A DNA stretch of 64,000 bases from Candidatus Latescibacterota bacterium (GCA_965205485.1 OZ242180.1:288001-352000); one strand, 5' to 3'. Shown: positions 28,282 to 38,810, numbered from the stretch's first letter. Notes: generated by a model not told the origin, from the letters alone. Program-made: numbers and translations.

Positions 28282-30058
28282 ACCGGACGTCATCATCGCC
28301 ACGGACTGCGGCAGCACGACCACCAAGGCCATTCTTATCGAGAAAAAGGAGGAATGCTACAGGCAGACCTTTCGCGGCGAGGCGCCCACCACGGTCGAGG
28401 CGCCGTTTGAAGATGTCACGCGGGGCGTCCTCAACGCCATCCAGGAAGTCGAGGAACTCTCCGGGCGCGCCATCCTGGACGGCGAACGCATCATCACGCC
28501 CGCGGCAGACGGCCGCGGCGTTGACATTTATGTGTCCACCAGCAGCGCCGGGGGCGGCCTGCAGATGATGGTGGGCGGCGTTGTCCAGGCGATGACGGGC
28601 GAGAGCGCCCAGCGTGCGGCCCTGGGCGCCGGCGCCATCGTCATGGACGTGCTCGCTTCCAACGACGGCCGCCTGCCCCACCAGAAAATCGAGCGCATCC
28701 GCCATTTGCGTCCCGACATGGTACTCCTGTCCGGAGGAACGGACGGCGGTACCGTGAGCCACGTGGTGGAACTGGCGGAGTTCATCGCCGCGGCGGACCC
28801 GAGGCCGCGGTTCGGCGCCGGCTTCCGGCTCCCGGTCATCTATGCCGGAAACAGGGACGCGCGGGAGGACGTTCAACGGGTTCTGGGCGAAAAAACCGCG
28901 CTGAAGACCACGGACAATATCCGCCCTCAACTCGAACGCGAGAACCTGGGACCCGCGCGCCAGGTAATCCACGACCTCTTCCTCGAACACGTGATGGCGC
29001 AGGCGCCCGGGTACCGTAAACTGATGGAATGGACGGGCGCGCCCATTATGCCAACGCCCGGCGCGGTGGGCCTGCTCATTCAGACCGTCGCCCGGCGCCG
29101 GAACATCAACGTCGTGGGCGTCGACATCGGCGGGGCGACCACCGATGTCTTCAGCGTTTTCGGCGATCCATTCAACCGTACCGTTAGCGCCAACCTGGGC
29201 ATGTCCTACAGCATCTCGAACGTACTGGCCGAGGCAGGCCTGTCGAACGTCATGCGCTGGGTCCCATTTGAAATCGAAGAGGCCGACCTCAGAGACCGCG
29301 TCAAGAACAAGATGATCCGGCCGACCACCGTGCCGCAGACGCTGGAGGAGCTGCAGCTCGAGCAGGCCATCGCCCGCGAGGCATTGCGCCTGGCGTTCGA
29401 GCAGCACCGTGCACTGGCCGTAGGACTGAAGGGGGTGCAGACGGAACGCACCCTTTCCGACGCTTTCGATCAGACCGCCGCGGGCGAGAGCCTGATTCAC
29501 ATGCCGGACCTGGACCTCCTGGTGGGCAGCGGCGGGGTTCTTTCCCATGCGCCCCGGCGCGCGCAGTCGGCGGCCATGCTCATCGACGCCTTCCAGCCCC
29601 GGGGATTCACGAGGCTGGCCGTCGACAGCATTTTCATGATGCCCCACCTGGGCGTCCTGACAAGCGTCAATGAACAGGCCGCCGCCGAAGTGTTCGAACG
29701 GGACTGCCTGGTCGATCTGGGCACCTGTATTGCGCCTTCCGGGCAGGGAAAACCGGGCGAAGTCTGCGCCACGTACGAGATCTCGCTCGATGACAGCACA
29801 GAGTCCGGCGACCTGAAAGTCGGCGCCCTCCATATGTTCCAAGGGGACCCCGACCAGGAGGTCGACGTCAGCCTGCATCCCGAATCGGGTTGGGACGCCG
29901 GGGCGGGGGCCGGTCAGTCGATCCGACGCACGGTGAAGGGCGGCGTGGCCGGTCTGATCCTGGATGGGCGCGGACGGCCGCTTCCGTTTTCGGACGGGGA
30001 CGGGGTGGAGCGGGTTGCCGCCTGGAACAGGGCGTTGGACCTCTATCCCCGTCAATAG
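28274..30058 (+). CDS. GlmL/MutL-like (glutamate mutase L family) actin-fold ATPase
   Basis: Phosphate-1 TDCGSTTTKA, SSAGGGL, GGTDGG, IMPTPGAV, phosphate-2 VDIGGATTDVFS, GSGGVL. Confidence 0.85.
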   Translation: MDRPDVIIATDCGSTTTKAILIEKKEECYRQTFRGEAPTTVEAPFEDVTRGVLNAIQEVEELSGRAILDGERIITPAADGRGVDIYVSTSSAGGGLQMMVGGVVQAMTGESAQRAALGAGAIVMDVLASNDGRLPHQKIERIRHLRPDMVLLSGGTDGGTVSHVVELAEFIAAADPRPRFGAGFRLPVIYAGNRDAREDVQRVLGEKTALKTTDNIRPQLERENLGPARQVIHDLFLEHVMAQAPGYRKLMEWTGAPIMPTPGAVGLLIQTVARRRNINVVGVDIGGATTDVFSVFGDPFNRTVSANLGMSYSISNVLAEAGLSNVMRWVPFEIEEADLRDRVKNKMIRPTTVPQTLEELQLEQAIAREALRLAFEQHRALAVGLKGVQTERTLSDAFDQTAAGESLIHMPDLDLLVGSGGVLSHAPRRAQSAAMLIDAFQPRGFTRLAVDSIFMMPHLGVLTSVNEQAAAEVFERDCLVDLGTCIAPSGQGKPGEVCATYEISLDDSTESGDLKVGALHMFQGDPDQEVDVSLHPESGWDAGAGAGQSIRRTVKGGVAGLILDGRGRPLPFSDGDGVERVAAWNRALDLYPRQ

Positions 30059-30382
30059 CAGTCCGTTGACAAAGTCGCTCTGCAGGCGAGGCTTGGTGTC
30101 CCGTCCCGGAAATATGTCACCATTGGTCCGCCGATTCATCCCGTCTGGCGGCGTTGCCTTCGCTCGGTGACCTTGCGCAGGTCGCCTCGCTCAGGCGCCT
30201 TGCCAGCCGGGCGACTCGGCGTCCGAATTTCGGCAATCTATTTCCGGGTCGGAACACTTGCCATTGTGGTCGAATGCAAGGCGCGCAACCGAGTCCCATC
30301 CTGCGATTCGGCGAGGGAGCGCAACGCAGTATTTCGACCGCAAGGGCCGGCTGTAGCCCGGATGGACTTTTTCAACGGGCTG
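30059..30382. mobile_element. MITE copy 2 (inverted), interrupted by a nested element
   Basis: Ends cagtccgttgacaaagtc and gactttttcaacgggctg; both arms match the reverse complement of 27361-27520. Confidence 0.85.
30096..30257. mobile_element. Nested 162-bp MITE with 19-bp TIRs and TTG target-site duplication
   Basis: TTG|gtgtcccgtcccggaaata ... tatttccgggtcggaacac|TTG. Confidence 0.8.
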
Positions 30383-30407
30383 ACAAGCGTTGCAAGGGAG
30401 GCAAGAG

Positions 30408-32249
30408 ATGGCTAGAGTGTGCGGATTGGTAATCCTTGGATTGTTTTTCGTCTCTGCAGCCGCAGGCGAAGACGAAACCCCCTGGGAGAAAGTTCAGAGA
30501 ACGCTATTGGATACGAAGGAAGCTCCCGCTATCGTACTGGACGGAACGGAACGGGTACCCGCCAGGTACGCCGGCGATATCCAACCGGAATACGGAGACT
30601 GGATGGTTCGCCACTTCCTTTCCGATCCGGAGAATTTCAACCCGTACGTCTCAAACGACAGAGGCGCTTCCATCGTACACCAATACATCTTCGAATCACT
30701 CCTCGAGATTGAGAACGAATCGCCTTACAATCTCAGAGGGTTGGTTGCGAAGGGGCCCCCCGAGGTGTCCGAAGACAAGCTCACCTACACCTTCGACCTG
30801 CGCGAGAACGTCCATTTCGCGGACGGCAAGCCCCTCTCGGCGGACGACGTCCACTTCAGCATCAAAGTCATCAAGAACCCGAAAGTCCTGGCTGCCTCGC
30901 TTCGGAACTATTACGCGGCCATCAGCGACGTCGAGCAGGAGGGCAAATACAGAATCAGTTTCGTCTGCCGGGAACCCTATTTCAGGAACAACATCTCACT
31001 GGGTTCCATGGAGATTCTGCCGAAACATTTCTACGACCCCGACGGCCTGCTGGACCCCGTTGACATTGGAAGTCTCATCGACGGGTCCTGGGAAAACGGG
31101 CCGCACGCGGAGCGGGTGGAGCAGTTCGCCGAGACATTCAACACCGGCTACCATCGGAAAATGCTCGGCTCCGGGCCCTATCTCGTGGCAGACTGGGACG
31201 CAGACGTGATCACAGGGCAAAAGGTGATACTTACCCGCAATCCCAACTACTGGGGAGGGGGCCGGACCGATCTGATGCCCAAGGGATACGTGGAAAAGGT
31301 CGTCTTCAAAATCGTGAACGACCCTGAAGCCGCGTTCATAGAGCACACCAACGGAAATATAGACTACTTCGGGCTCAGGCCGCTTCAGTTCAAGGACAAG
31401 AGCTGGTCTCCGGATTTTATCGAGCGATTCAAGAAGAGCGTGATCTATTCTTCGGGATACGTGTACATCGGCTGGAACAACGCGCACCCCATCTTTCGCG
31501 ACCGACGCGTACGCAAGGCCATGACCTACCTCACCGACCGTGAAAGCATGGTGGTGAACCTCATGTTCGGTCTGGCGGAAACCGTTGAGAGCCCCATCCA
31601 CAAGTTCCGCCCGGAATACAACCACAGCCTGGAGCCCCACCCTTACGATCCCGACAGGGCGCTTGACATTCTGGATGAGGCCGGATGGACGGACAGCGAT
31701 AACGACGGCATCCTGGACAAGGTCATCGACGGAACGATACACCCGTTTAAATTCGAGTTCCTGGTCAACTCAGGGAACCAGCTCCGCAAAGACATCGCCC
31801 TGGCGCTGCAGTATGAACTGCAGGACATCGGAATCGTCTGCGAGGTGCGCGAACTGGACTGGACCATCTTTCTGGACCGGGTGGTTCGCAAGAAAGACTT
31901 CGCCGCCTGTACGCTGGGGTGGACCGGCAGCCTGATCATCCCCCCGGACTCCTATCAGATCTGGCATTCCTCACAGTCCGAGGGACAGGGGTCGAACTAT
32001 ATCGGCTTCAGGAACGAGGAGGTTGACCGCATCCTGGAATCCTATCGACGGGAGTTCGATATGGACGAGAGAATCCGGCTCTACCGGCGTTTCCAGGAAA
32101 TCCTGTACAACGAGCAACCCTATACGTTTCTCTGGAAATCACGCGCCGCCACTTCCTACAGCAGGCGCTTTGCGGGGGACAGCTGGTACGCCGGTGGCCC
32201 GGATACCCAGGAATGGTGGGTAGGCGCTTCCAACCGGTTGTATCAATAG
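30408..32249 (+). CDS. Peptide ABC transporter substrate-binding protein (family 5)
   Basis: Signal peptide, YTFDLRENVHFADG..SADDVHFS, GSGPY, DRRVRKAM; GGAGG RBS. Confidence 0.92.
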   Translation: MARVCGLVILGLFFVSAAAGEDETPWEKVQRTLLDTKEAPAIVLDGTERVPARYAGDIQPEYGDWMVRHFLSDPENFNPYVSNDRGASIVHQYIFESLLEIENESPYNLRGLVAKGPPEVSEDKLTYTFDLRENVHFADGKPLSADDVHFSIKVIKNPKVLAASLRNYYAAISDVEQEGKYRISFVCREPYFRNNISLGSMEILPKHFYDPDGLLDPVDIGSLIDGSWENGPHAERVEQFAETFNTGYHRKMLGSGPYLVADWDADVITGQKVILTRNPNYWGGGRTDLMPKGYVEKVVFKIVNDPEAAFIEHTNGNIDYFGLRPLQFKDKSWSPDFIERFKKSVIYSSGYVYIGWNNAHPIFRDRRVRKAMTYLTDRESMVVNLMFGLAETVESPIHKFRPEYNHSLEPHPYDPDRALDILDEAGWTDSDNDGILDKVIDGTIHPFKFEFLVNSGNQLRKDIALALQYELQDIGIVCEVRELDWTIFLDRVVRKKDFAACTLGWTGSLIIPPDSYQIWHSSQSEGQGSNYIGFRNEEVDRILESYRREFDMDERIRLYRRFQEILYNEQPYTFLWKSRAATSYSRRFAGDSWYAGGPDTQEWWVGASNRLYQ

Positions 32250-32265
32250 AGTTGGCCCCAATAGG

Positions 32266-32447
32266 AAAAAACGGCATCCGGGCGTCGTGATAAAACCCTC
32301 CGAAACAGGGAGTTAACGTCGTATGGAAGGACATCCTTTCAGTTGACGTCCAGTGACTTGGTGTATCCTGGTAATCCGCAGTTTAATCGCCTTTATCAAC
32401 TTTCACACATTCGGTTTAACGTCCACGAAAACATACGAATCCTGGTT
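32266..32447. repeat. ~180-bp conserved intergenic element, copy 2
   Basis: Direct, ungapped diverged copy of 20236-20417. Confidence 0.85.
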
Positions 32448-32480
32448 AACGGACGCCGGCACGGAGAGGCCTGAAGGCAG

Positions 32481-33782
32481 ATGATCCAGTACATCCTGCA
32501 GCGCAGCCTGCTGATGATCCCGACGATGATCGGTATCACCCTGATCTCGTTCCTGGTCATGCATCTCGCTCCCGGAGACCCCGTGGACTTCTTTCTCGGC
32601 GGCATGGCGGGGGAGGAGGGCATCTCGACAGAAGGGCAGTCCGATTTCGAAAAAACGCGCGAGGACCTTCGGCGGCAACTCGGCCTGGACCGGCCGGTTC
32701 ACATCCAATACCTGAACTGGCTGTCCAGCCTGGTTCTGCACGTGGAGCCGCTCAACAACTTCGAACGCATGGGCCGCCGCGTCGACGTCTATCTCTCGAA
32801 ACTGGACAGCGGGGAAAGAAGCGAGTTGGCAGCGCTTGAGAATAAGGCGCGTAAGGCCCGGTTTCTCAGGAGTTTCGAGAAACATCACCCGGACGAGGCG
32901 GAAGCGCTCGTCCTTTCCTCTTTCTGGGAGAGCAAGACGGTCAAACTCGAGAAAAACTATGAGTACACCGGCGCCGGCCTGCTCCTCTTCCACCTCTTCG
33001 ACCGGCGCTTTATCACGCTCAATTTCGGCCGCTCCTTCAAGGATCAGCAGCCGGTCATCTCCCATATCCTCGCACGCGTGCCTATCACCATCGAAATCAA
33101 CGTCATCAGTCTGATCGTGGCTTACATCATCGGTCTGCCGCTGGGTATATGGCTGGCCGTGAAACAGGACACCCGGACCGACCGCGCGCTGACCACGGGA
33201 ACCTTCATCCTGTGGTCCATGCCTTCATTCTGGGTGGGCATGCTGCTCATCGTGTTTTTCTGCAACAAGGAATTCTTCTACTGGTTTCCGGCCTCCGGCA
33301 TCCAGTCGCTGGACGCCTCTTCCGAATGGGGATTCTGGCGGCTGTTGACGGACCACGCCCATCACATGGCCATGCCGGTCCTGGCCTCGAGCTACGCCAG
33401 CTTCGCGGGTCTTTCCCGGTTCATGCGGACCAGTATGCTGGAGAACATGAGGCTGGATTACGTACGCACGGCCCGCGCAAAGGGGCTTTCGGAAAAAGTC
33501 GTGGTCCTGAAGCACGTCTTCCGCAACTCGCTGATTCCCATCGTGACCATTCTGGCGAATCTGCTTCCGGCCATCATCGCCGGCTCGGTCTTCATCGAGA
33601 CCATCTTCACCATACCGGGGCTGGGGTATCTGGGCGTTCAATCCGTACTCGTGCGCGACTATCCGATGGTGATGGCCATTCTGACCATCGGTTCGTTTCT
33701 CTCGCTGCTGGGTATTCTTCTCGCGGACATCCTCCTGAAAGTCGTGGACCCGCGCATCGAGTTTTCCCGTCTTCAGGGATAG
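32481..33782 (+). CDS. Peptide ABC transporter permease, OppB/DppB-like, with an extracytoplasmic insertion
   Basis: APGDP, LGLDRP, DYVRTARAKGL, ETIFTIPGLG, DPRI. Confidence 0.92.
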   Translation: MIQYILQRSLLMIPTMIGITLISFLVMHLAPGDPVDFFLGGMAGEEGISTEGQSDFEKTREDLRRQLGLDRPVHIQYLNWLSSLVLHVEPLNNFERMGRRVDVYLSKLDSGERSELAALENKARKARFLRSFEKHHPDEAEALVLSSFWESKTVKLEKNYEYTGAGLLLFHLFDRRFITLNFGRSFKDQQPVISHILARVPITIEINVISLIVAYIIGLPLGIWLAVKQDTRTDRALTTGTFILWSMPSFWVGMLLIVFFCNKEFFYWFPASGIQSLDASSEWGFWRLLTDHAHHMAMPVLASSYASFAGLSRFMRTSMLENMRLDYVRTARAKGLSEKVVVLKHVFRNSLIPIVTILANLLPAIIAGSVFIETIFTIPGLGYLGVQSVLVRDYPMVMAILTIGSFLSLLGILLADILLKVVDPRIEFSRLQG

Positions 33783-33786
33783 ATCC

Positions 33787-34857
33787 ATGCCTGACGCTAC
33801 AGCCCGCGACCTCAACGAACCGGACGTCGCAACGCCCGAACCCGAACCTGTCGAGGAGGGTCAGACCTACTCCAAACTGGTCTGGCGGCAGTTCAAGAAG
33901 AACCGTCCGGCCCTCATCAGCCTGGCGGCGATCGGCGTTCTCGCGTTCACGGCGGTGTTTGCAGATCTTCTCGCGGGCAACAAACCCTACTATATGGAGT
34001 ACAGGGGAAAGACCTATTTCCCGGCCTTTCGCCAGTATGCCGTTCATCTCGGGCTGGCCGACTGGCCGAAGCCGCTCAGACGAAGGAAGAATTTCAAACG
34101 TCTGAGGTCGGAATCCGCCATATTCCCGCCGGTTCCCTACGGTCCCAGCGACGTTAACCTCAGGGACAAGTACCAACCGCCCGGCGCAGCGCATTTCCTC
34201 GGTACGGATCGGCTGGGACGGGACGTGCTTTCGGGGCTGATCCATGGAACCCGTTACGCGCTCACGATCGGACTGGTCTCGGTGGCGATCTCGATGATTA
34301 TCGGCGTCGCCCTCGGCGCACTCGCGGGTTATTTCGGGGGCTGGACCGACCTGGTTCTCTCGCGTCTGTTCGAGCTCTGGGCCGCCATACCCACCCTCTT
34401 CCTGATCATCACGGTCGCCGCGTTCTTCCCGCCCAGCCTTTTCTTCGTGATGATCATTCTCGGCTTTACGGGATGGGTCGGGATCGCCAGGCTCACGAGG
34501 TCGCAGTTTCTGCAGGTAAGGAGCTACGACTTCGTTTCCGCGGCCAAGAGCCTGGGATACTCCAGCGGACGAATCATGTTCATCCACATTCTGCCGAACG
34601 CGATCGCGCCGGTACTCATTCCGGCTGCTTTCGGCGTGGCGGGGGCCATTTTGGCCGAGTCCGGCCTGAGCTTCCTCGGGATCGGCGTTCCCGCGGAGGC
34701 CATCACCTGGGGCGCGATACTGGCAGGCGCACGAAACAATACCGCGGCCTGGTGGCTGGTCATCGTACCCGGTTTCGCCATCTTTATCACCGTAACCCTT
34801 TACAACCTTTTGGGCGACGGCCTGCGAGACGCCCTGGACCCGAAGATGAAAGTTTGA
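33787..34857 (+). CDS. Peptide ABC transporter permease, OppC/DppC-like
   Basis: LGTDRLGRD, HILPN, ESGLSFLGIG, LGDGLRDALDP. Confidence 0.93.
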   Translation: MPDATARDLNEPDVATPEPEPVEEGQTYSKLVWRQFKKNRPALISLAAIGVLAFTAVFADLLAGNKPYYMEYRGKTYFPAFRQYAVHLGLADWPKPLRRRKNFKRLRSESAIFPPVPYGPSDVNLRDKYQPPGAAHFLGTDRLGRDVLSGLIHGTRYALTIGLVSVAISMIIGVALGALAGYFGGWTDLVLSRLFELWAAIPTLFLIITVAAFFPPSLFFVMIILGFTGWVGIARLTRSQFLQVRSYDFVSAAKSLGYSSGRIMFIHILPNAIAPVLIPAAFGVAGAILAESGLSFLGIGVPAEAITWGAILAGARNNTAAWWLVIVPGFAIFITVTLYNLLGDGLRDALDPKMKV

Positions 34858-34935
34858 AAAGCCGTGTGAAGACTCCGCAGGCCGTAGATCGTTGCCGCCG
34901 CCGGCGCGGCATGCCGGTTACGCAAATTTGAAGCC

Positions 34936-36057
34936 ATGGCTCATACGTACACACCGGGGCTGCGGGTCACCCGCAGGGCAACCATACGAAAGAGACGCCA
35001 GTTGCCGCTCGCAGGAGAGGTGCTGGTTTCTGAAGGGGAAACCGTGCAGCGCGACCGGGTGGTGGCCCGGACCGAACTGCCCGGCGACGTGACCACCCTG
35101 AACCTGGTCAACAGGCTGGGCGTCACCCCGGACGAACTCCCGGACTTCATGCTCAGGAAGGAGGGTGAGCCGGTCGAGTCGGGAGAGCCTCTGGCCGAGA
35201 CCCGCCCGTTCATCAAGTGGTTCAAAACCACGGTGGAATCGCCGGTTTCAGGCACCGTGGAAAGCGTGTCGCCCGTTACCGGCCAGGTTATTCTGCGGGG
35301 GCCGCCCCGACCCGTACAGGTCAGGGCGTACGTGGACGGCGCCGTTGTGGAAACCATTCCCGGCGAAGGGGTCGTCATCGAGACCGCCGGCGCATTCCTT
35401 CAGGGTATCTTCGGCATCGGCGGGGAAAGCTGGGGCGCTATCCATCCACTTGCCGCCACACCGGACGAGCGGCTCTCGGAAGACCGGATCGACGCCTCCT
35501 GTGCCGGCAGGATCTGCATCGCCGGAGGCCTGGTCACCCTGGACCTGATCCGGAAAGCGCGGGAAATCGGCGCGGCCGGCGTCATTGGCGGGGGCATCCG
35601 CGACCGCGACCTGCGGAGCCTTCTCGGTTACGACCTGGGCGTGGCCATCACCGGCACCGAGGAAATCGGTCTTACCGTCGTGGTTACCGAAGGATTCGGC
35701 GACATCGCCATGGCGACGAAGACCTTCGACATCCTGAACGAGAGAAACGGCGACGAGGCCTCGATCTCGGGCGCGACCCAGATACGAGCCGGCGTGCTTC
35801 GTCCGGAAATCATCGTTCCGGATACGGGAAGTACAGCGACCGCCGAGGAATCCGTCGCCACGGAAGGCCTTTCCGTAGGAGACCCGATCCGGACGATTCG
35901 GGCGCCCTTTTTCGGACAGACCGGTGTCGTCACGGCTCTGCCGTCCAAACTCGCGGCCGTTGAGTCGGAAGTTCGGGTACGTGTCCTTGAAGTTCAATTC
36001 GAGAACGGACAACAGGCCGTGATACCCCGCGCAAATGCCGAAAGGATCGAGGCATGA
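34936..36057 (+). CDS. Hypothetical protein with barrel-sandwich-hybrid-like repeats and KOW-like C-terminus
   Basis: VLVSEGETV, KEGEPVESGEPLA..SPVSGTVESV, TEGFG, TQIRAGVLRPE, VGDPIRTIRAPFFGQTG. Confidence 0.8.
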   Translation: MAHTYTPGLRVTRRATIRKRRQLPLAGEVLVSEGETVQRDRVVARTELPGDVTTLNLVNRLGVTPDELPDFMLRKEGEPVESGEPLAETRPFIKWFKTTVESPVSGTVESVSPVTGQVILRGPPRPVQVRAYVDGAVVETIPGEGVVIETAGAFLQGIFGIGGESWGAIHPLAATPDERLSEDRIDASCAGRICIAGGLVTLDLIRKAREIGAAGVIGGGIRDRDLRSLLGYDLGVAITGTEEIGLTVVVTEGFGDIAMATKTFDILNERNGDEASISGATQIRAGVLRPEIIVPDTGSTATAEESVATEGLSVGDPIRTIRAPFFGQTGVVTALPSKLAAVESEVRVRVLEVQFENGQQAVIPRANAERIEA

Positions 36058-36107
36058 TGATTTGGAGCGTCCAGGCGCGCCTGATTAAAACCGCCAGGAG
36101 ACACGCA

Positions 36108-37289
36108 ATGGCGCATCTATTCCTCAGTTTCGCCCTTGCCATCGCTGCCGCGCCGGCCGCCGGCGGTTCGGCGCCCACCGACGTCCGGGCTTTCGACACG
36201 CCCAACGACCAGGGGCACAGCATCACGCTGACGTGGCGCCGCCTGGATTTCCTGCCGGACAGCGCGCGATATCGCATCGGCGTTTCCGAACAGGCGGACG
36301 GGCCGTTCCATCCGGTTGCGGAACTGGACCCCAAAACGGCTCCGACCATGGCCGACGAGGCGGTCACGTTCGGCAGGGGGAAGGAGAACCGCAACCACCA
36401 CTTCGTCCACATTGAATCCTACTTCGACCCTCTGGGACAAAACCGGATCCGGATCGAGAACGACCGGCCCTATTTCGTTCGCATCGGCGTCCACGGCGCG
36501 GGCTACACGGTTGTGGAAGCCCGTGCCCACGGCAACTGGTTCAACTGGACCAAGCGCAACAATTTTCTGCTGGCCGCGCTGTTCTCCATTCTGATCCTCG
36601 TCTATATCCGTCTCGCCCGGCGCAAAAATCTCTATATCCGGCGGCTGGCAGGACTGGACGCCCTGGACGAAGCCCTGGGTCGCGCAACCGAGATGGGTAA
36701 ACCGGTGCTTTTCGTCCACGGCCTTCAGGACATGGGCAGCCCCTCCACCATCGCCGCCGTGAATATTCTCGGACAGGTGGCGAAGCGAACCGCCGAATAC
36801 GATACCCTGCTCAAGGTTGGCAACCGGGATCCGATTGTGATGTCCGTGAGCCAGGAAGTGGTCAAGGAGTCTTGCATCGAAGCCGGACGACCCGACGCGT
36901 TCAACCCTGACAACGTCTTTCTGGCGGCCGCGGACCAGTTCAGCTACGCGGCCGCGCTCGATGGGCTGATGGTGCGGGAGAGGCCGGCGGCCAATCTTCT
37001 GATGGGGTATTTTTACGCCGAATCCCTGCTTCTGGCCGAGACCGGCTCGACGACCGGCGCAATTCAGATCGCCGCTACCGACGCCTATACACAGCTTCCG
37101 TTCTTCATCACAACCTGCGACTATACCCTGATGGGTGAGGAACTCTACGCGGCGAGCGCCTATCTCTCCAGAGATCCCAAACTGCTGGGAAGCCTGAAGG
37201 GCCAGGACCTGGGGAAGGGAATTCTCATCCTGATGCTGGTGCTGGGTTCCTTATTGGCCGGCATCGGCTTCTGGCCGATCCTGATCTGA
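36108..37289 (+). CDS. Fn3-like plus DUF6754-like membrane protein
   Basis: Signal peptide, AFDTPNDQGHSITLTW, TM, IRRLAGLDALDEALGRATEMGKP, TTCDYTLMGEELYAASAYLS; AGGAG RBS. Confidence 0.75.
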   Translation: MAHLFLSFALAIAAAPAAGGSAPTDVRAFDTPNDQGHSITLTWRRLDFLPDSARYRIGVSEQADGPFHPVAELDPKTAPTMADEAVTFGRGKENRNHHFVHIESYFDPLGQNRIRIENDRPYFVRIGVHGAGYTVVEARAHGNWFNWTKRNNFLLAALFSILILVYIRLARRKNLYIRRLAGLDALDEALGRATEMGKPVLFVHGLQDMGSPSTIAAVNILGQVAKRTAEYDTLLKVGNRDPIVMSVSQEVVKESCIEAGRPDAFNPDNVFLAAADQFSYAAALDGLMVRERPAANLLMGYFYAESLLLAETGSTTGAIQIAATDAYTQLPFFITTCDYTLMGEELYAASAYLSRDPKLLGSLKGQDLGKGILILMLVLGSLLAGIGFWPILI

Positions 37290-37329
37290 CAGCATAGCAT
37301 ATACGTTCAATCCTTCGGGAGAAAACCGA

Positions 37330-37986
37330 ATGTACTTCCTGCAACGCACCCTGCCGCTCCTCGTTGCCTTTGCCGCGGGCGTGATCGGCATATTCACCTA
37401 TTATATCCCGGTTGCGCAGCCGGTGGAGATCACAACGTCCACGTGGTACCGGATCATCGCCGCGTTCGCGCTCTTCCTGGGAATCCACAGTCTGTTGCAG
37501 ATGCACTGGAACCGGGTCAAACGCAAACAGGCCGGATGGGCTTTCAGCGCCGTCGTCTTTGTCGGCTTCATCGTTACGATCCTGCTTGCCCTCTACAACA
37601 ACGGCAGCGGACCCCTGCAGCCGCTCGCCGGGGGCGACGGTCTGGATCTGAACTGGATGTATACGCACATTCACGTCGCCGGCGGCGCCACGATGTTCTC
37701 TCTGCTCGCGTTCTTTATCGCCTCCGCCGCCTACCGCACGTTTCGCGCCCGGTCGGCCGAGGCCGTTGTGCTTCTCGTTGCCGCGCTGCTCGTCATGCTG
37801 GGCCGGGTGCCCATCGGCGCGCTGATCTCCGAACACCTGCCCGCCATTTCACAGTGGCTGATGGCCACGCCCAACCTCGCCGCACGACGCGGCATTCTGC
37901 TGGGCGTGAGCCTGGGCGCAATCGCCACGGCACTTCGCATCATATTCGGTATCGAACGATCCTATCTTGGAGAAGAGGGACAATGA
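37330..37986 (+). CDS. Hypothetical multi-pass membrane protein
   Basis: About 6 hydrophobic helices; ATMFSLLAFFIASAAYRTFRAR, LRIIFGIERSYLG. Confidence 0.8.
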   Translation: MYFLQRTLPLLVAFAAGVIGIFTYYIPVAQPVEITTSTWYRIIAAFALFLGIHSLLQMHWNRVKRKQAGWAFSAVVFVGFIVTILLALYNNGSGPLQPLAGGDGLDLNWMYTHIHVAGGATMFSLLAFFIASAAYRTFRARSAEAVVLLVAALLVMLGRVPIGALISEHLPAISQWLMATPNLAARRGILLGVSLGAIATALRIIFGIERSYLGEEGQ

Positions 37987-38810
37987 TCGAGCGCCTCCTG
38001 AACATCGACCGCCGCATTGTGTACCTTGCCGTCTTTCTGGCTGTATGTATTCCTCTGCTTATCGGGTTCGAACTGCCCATCAAGGCCACACCAAACGTCC
38101 GCGCGGTGTACGACACCGTCGAGAGCCTGGCCGGAAATCCGGATGCCGTCGTGCTCATCTCCTTCGATTACGGACCCAGTTCGCAGCCGGAGCTCCAGCC
38201 CATGGCCCTGGCCATTCTGCGCCACTGCTTCAGCCGGAACATACGGGTGGTGGGCGTGACCCTCATTACAGAAGCCGTAGGACTTGCCATGCAGGCTTTC
38301 GAGACGGCGGCGACGGAATACGGGCGGGAAAACGGGACTGACTATGCGTTCCTCGGTTTCAAGGCGGGCGGCCCGATCCTGATCCTGAACATGGGTCAGG
38401 ACCTGCACGCCGCGTTTCCCGAAGACATCCGGGGCGCCGCCACCAGCGAAATGCCTCTCACCCGCAATCTGCGTTCGTTGAAGGATTTCGATTACGTGAT
38501 CGATCTGGCCGCCGGGTACCCCGGCGTGGACGAATGGATCGCTTACGGGCAGGAACGTTACAGGTTCCCCCTCGGCGCCGGTTGTACCGCGGTAATGGCG
38601 CCGGATTTCTTCCCCTTCCTTCAATCCCGGCAGCTCAACGGCCTTATCGGCGGGCTGGCGGGCGCGGCGGAATACGAAGCGCTCGTGGGCAAGAAAGGCC
38701 TGGCCGTAAGCGGCATGCGTCCACAGTCCGTCGCACATATCGTCATCATCGGGTTCATCCTGCTGGGCAACGCGGTCTACTTCCTGGGCCGCGGCGCTTC
38801 GAGGACGTAA
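37983..38810 (+). CDS. Hypothetical membrane-anchored protein
   Basis: IDRRIVYL, SFDYGPSSQPELQP, GLIGGLAGAAEYE; ATGA overlap with the previous gene. Confidence 0.8.
   Translation: MIERLLNIDRRIVYLAVFLAVCIPLLIGFELPIKATPNVRAVYDTVESLAGNPDAVVLISFDYGPSSQPELQPMALAILRHCFSRNIRVVGVTLITEAVGLAMQAFETAATEYGRENGTDYAFLGFKAGGPILILNMGQDLHAAFPEDIRGAATSEMPLTRNLRSLKDFDYVIDLAAGYPGVDEWIAYGQERYRFPLGAGCTAVMAPDFFPFLQSRQLNGLIGGLAGAAEYEALVGKKGLAVSGMRPQSVAHIVIIGFILLGNAVYFLGRGASRT

Noticed and set aside
28274..30058. Functional glutamate or methylaspartate mutase locus, or mismatch-repair MutL
   Set aside because: No B12-binding or catalytic mutase subunits nearby; the motifs are actin-fold, not GHKL
28169..30139. 656-aa minus-strand ORF
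   Set aside because: Antisense shadow of the GlmL-like gene; its start lies inside a MITE
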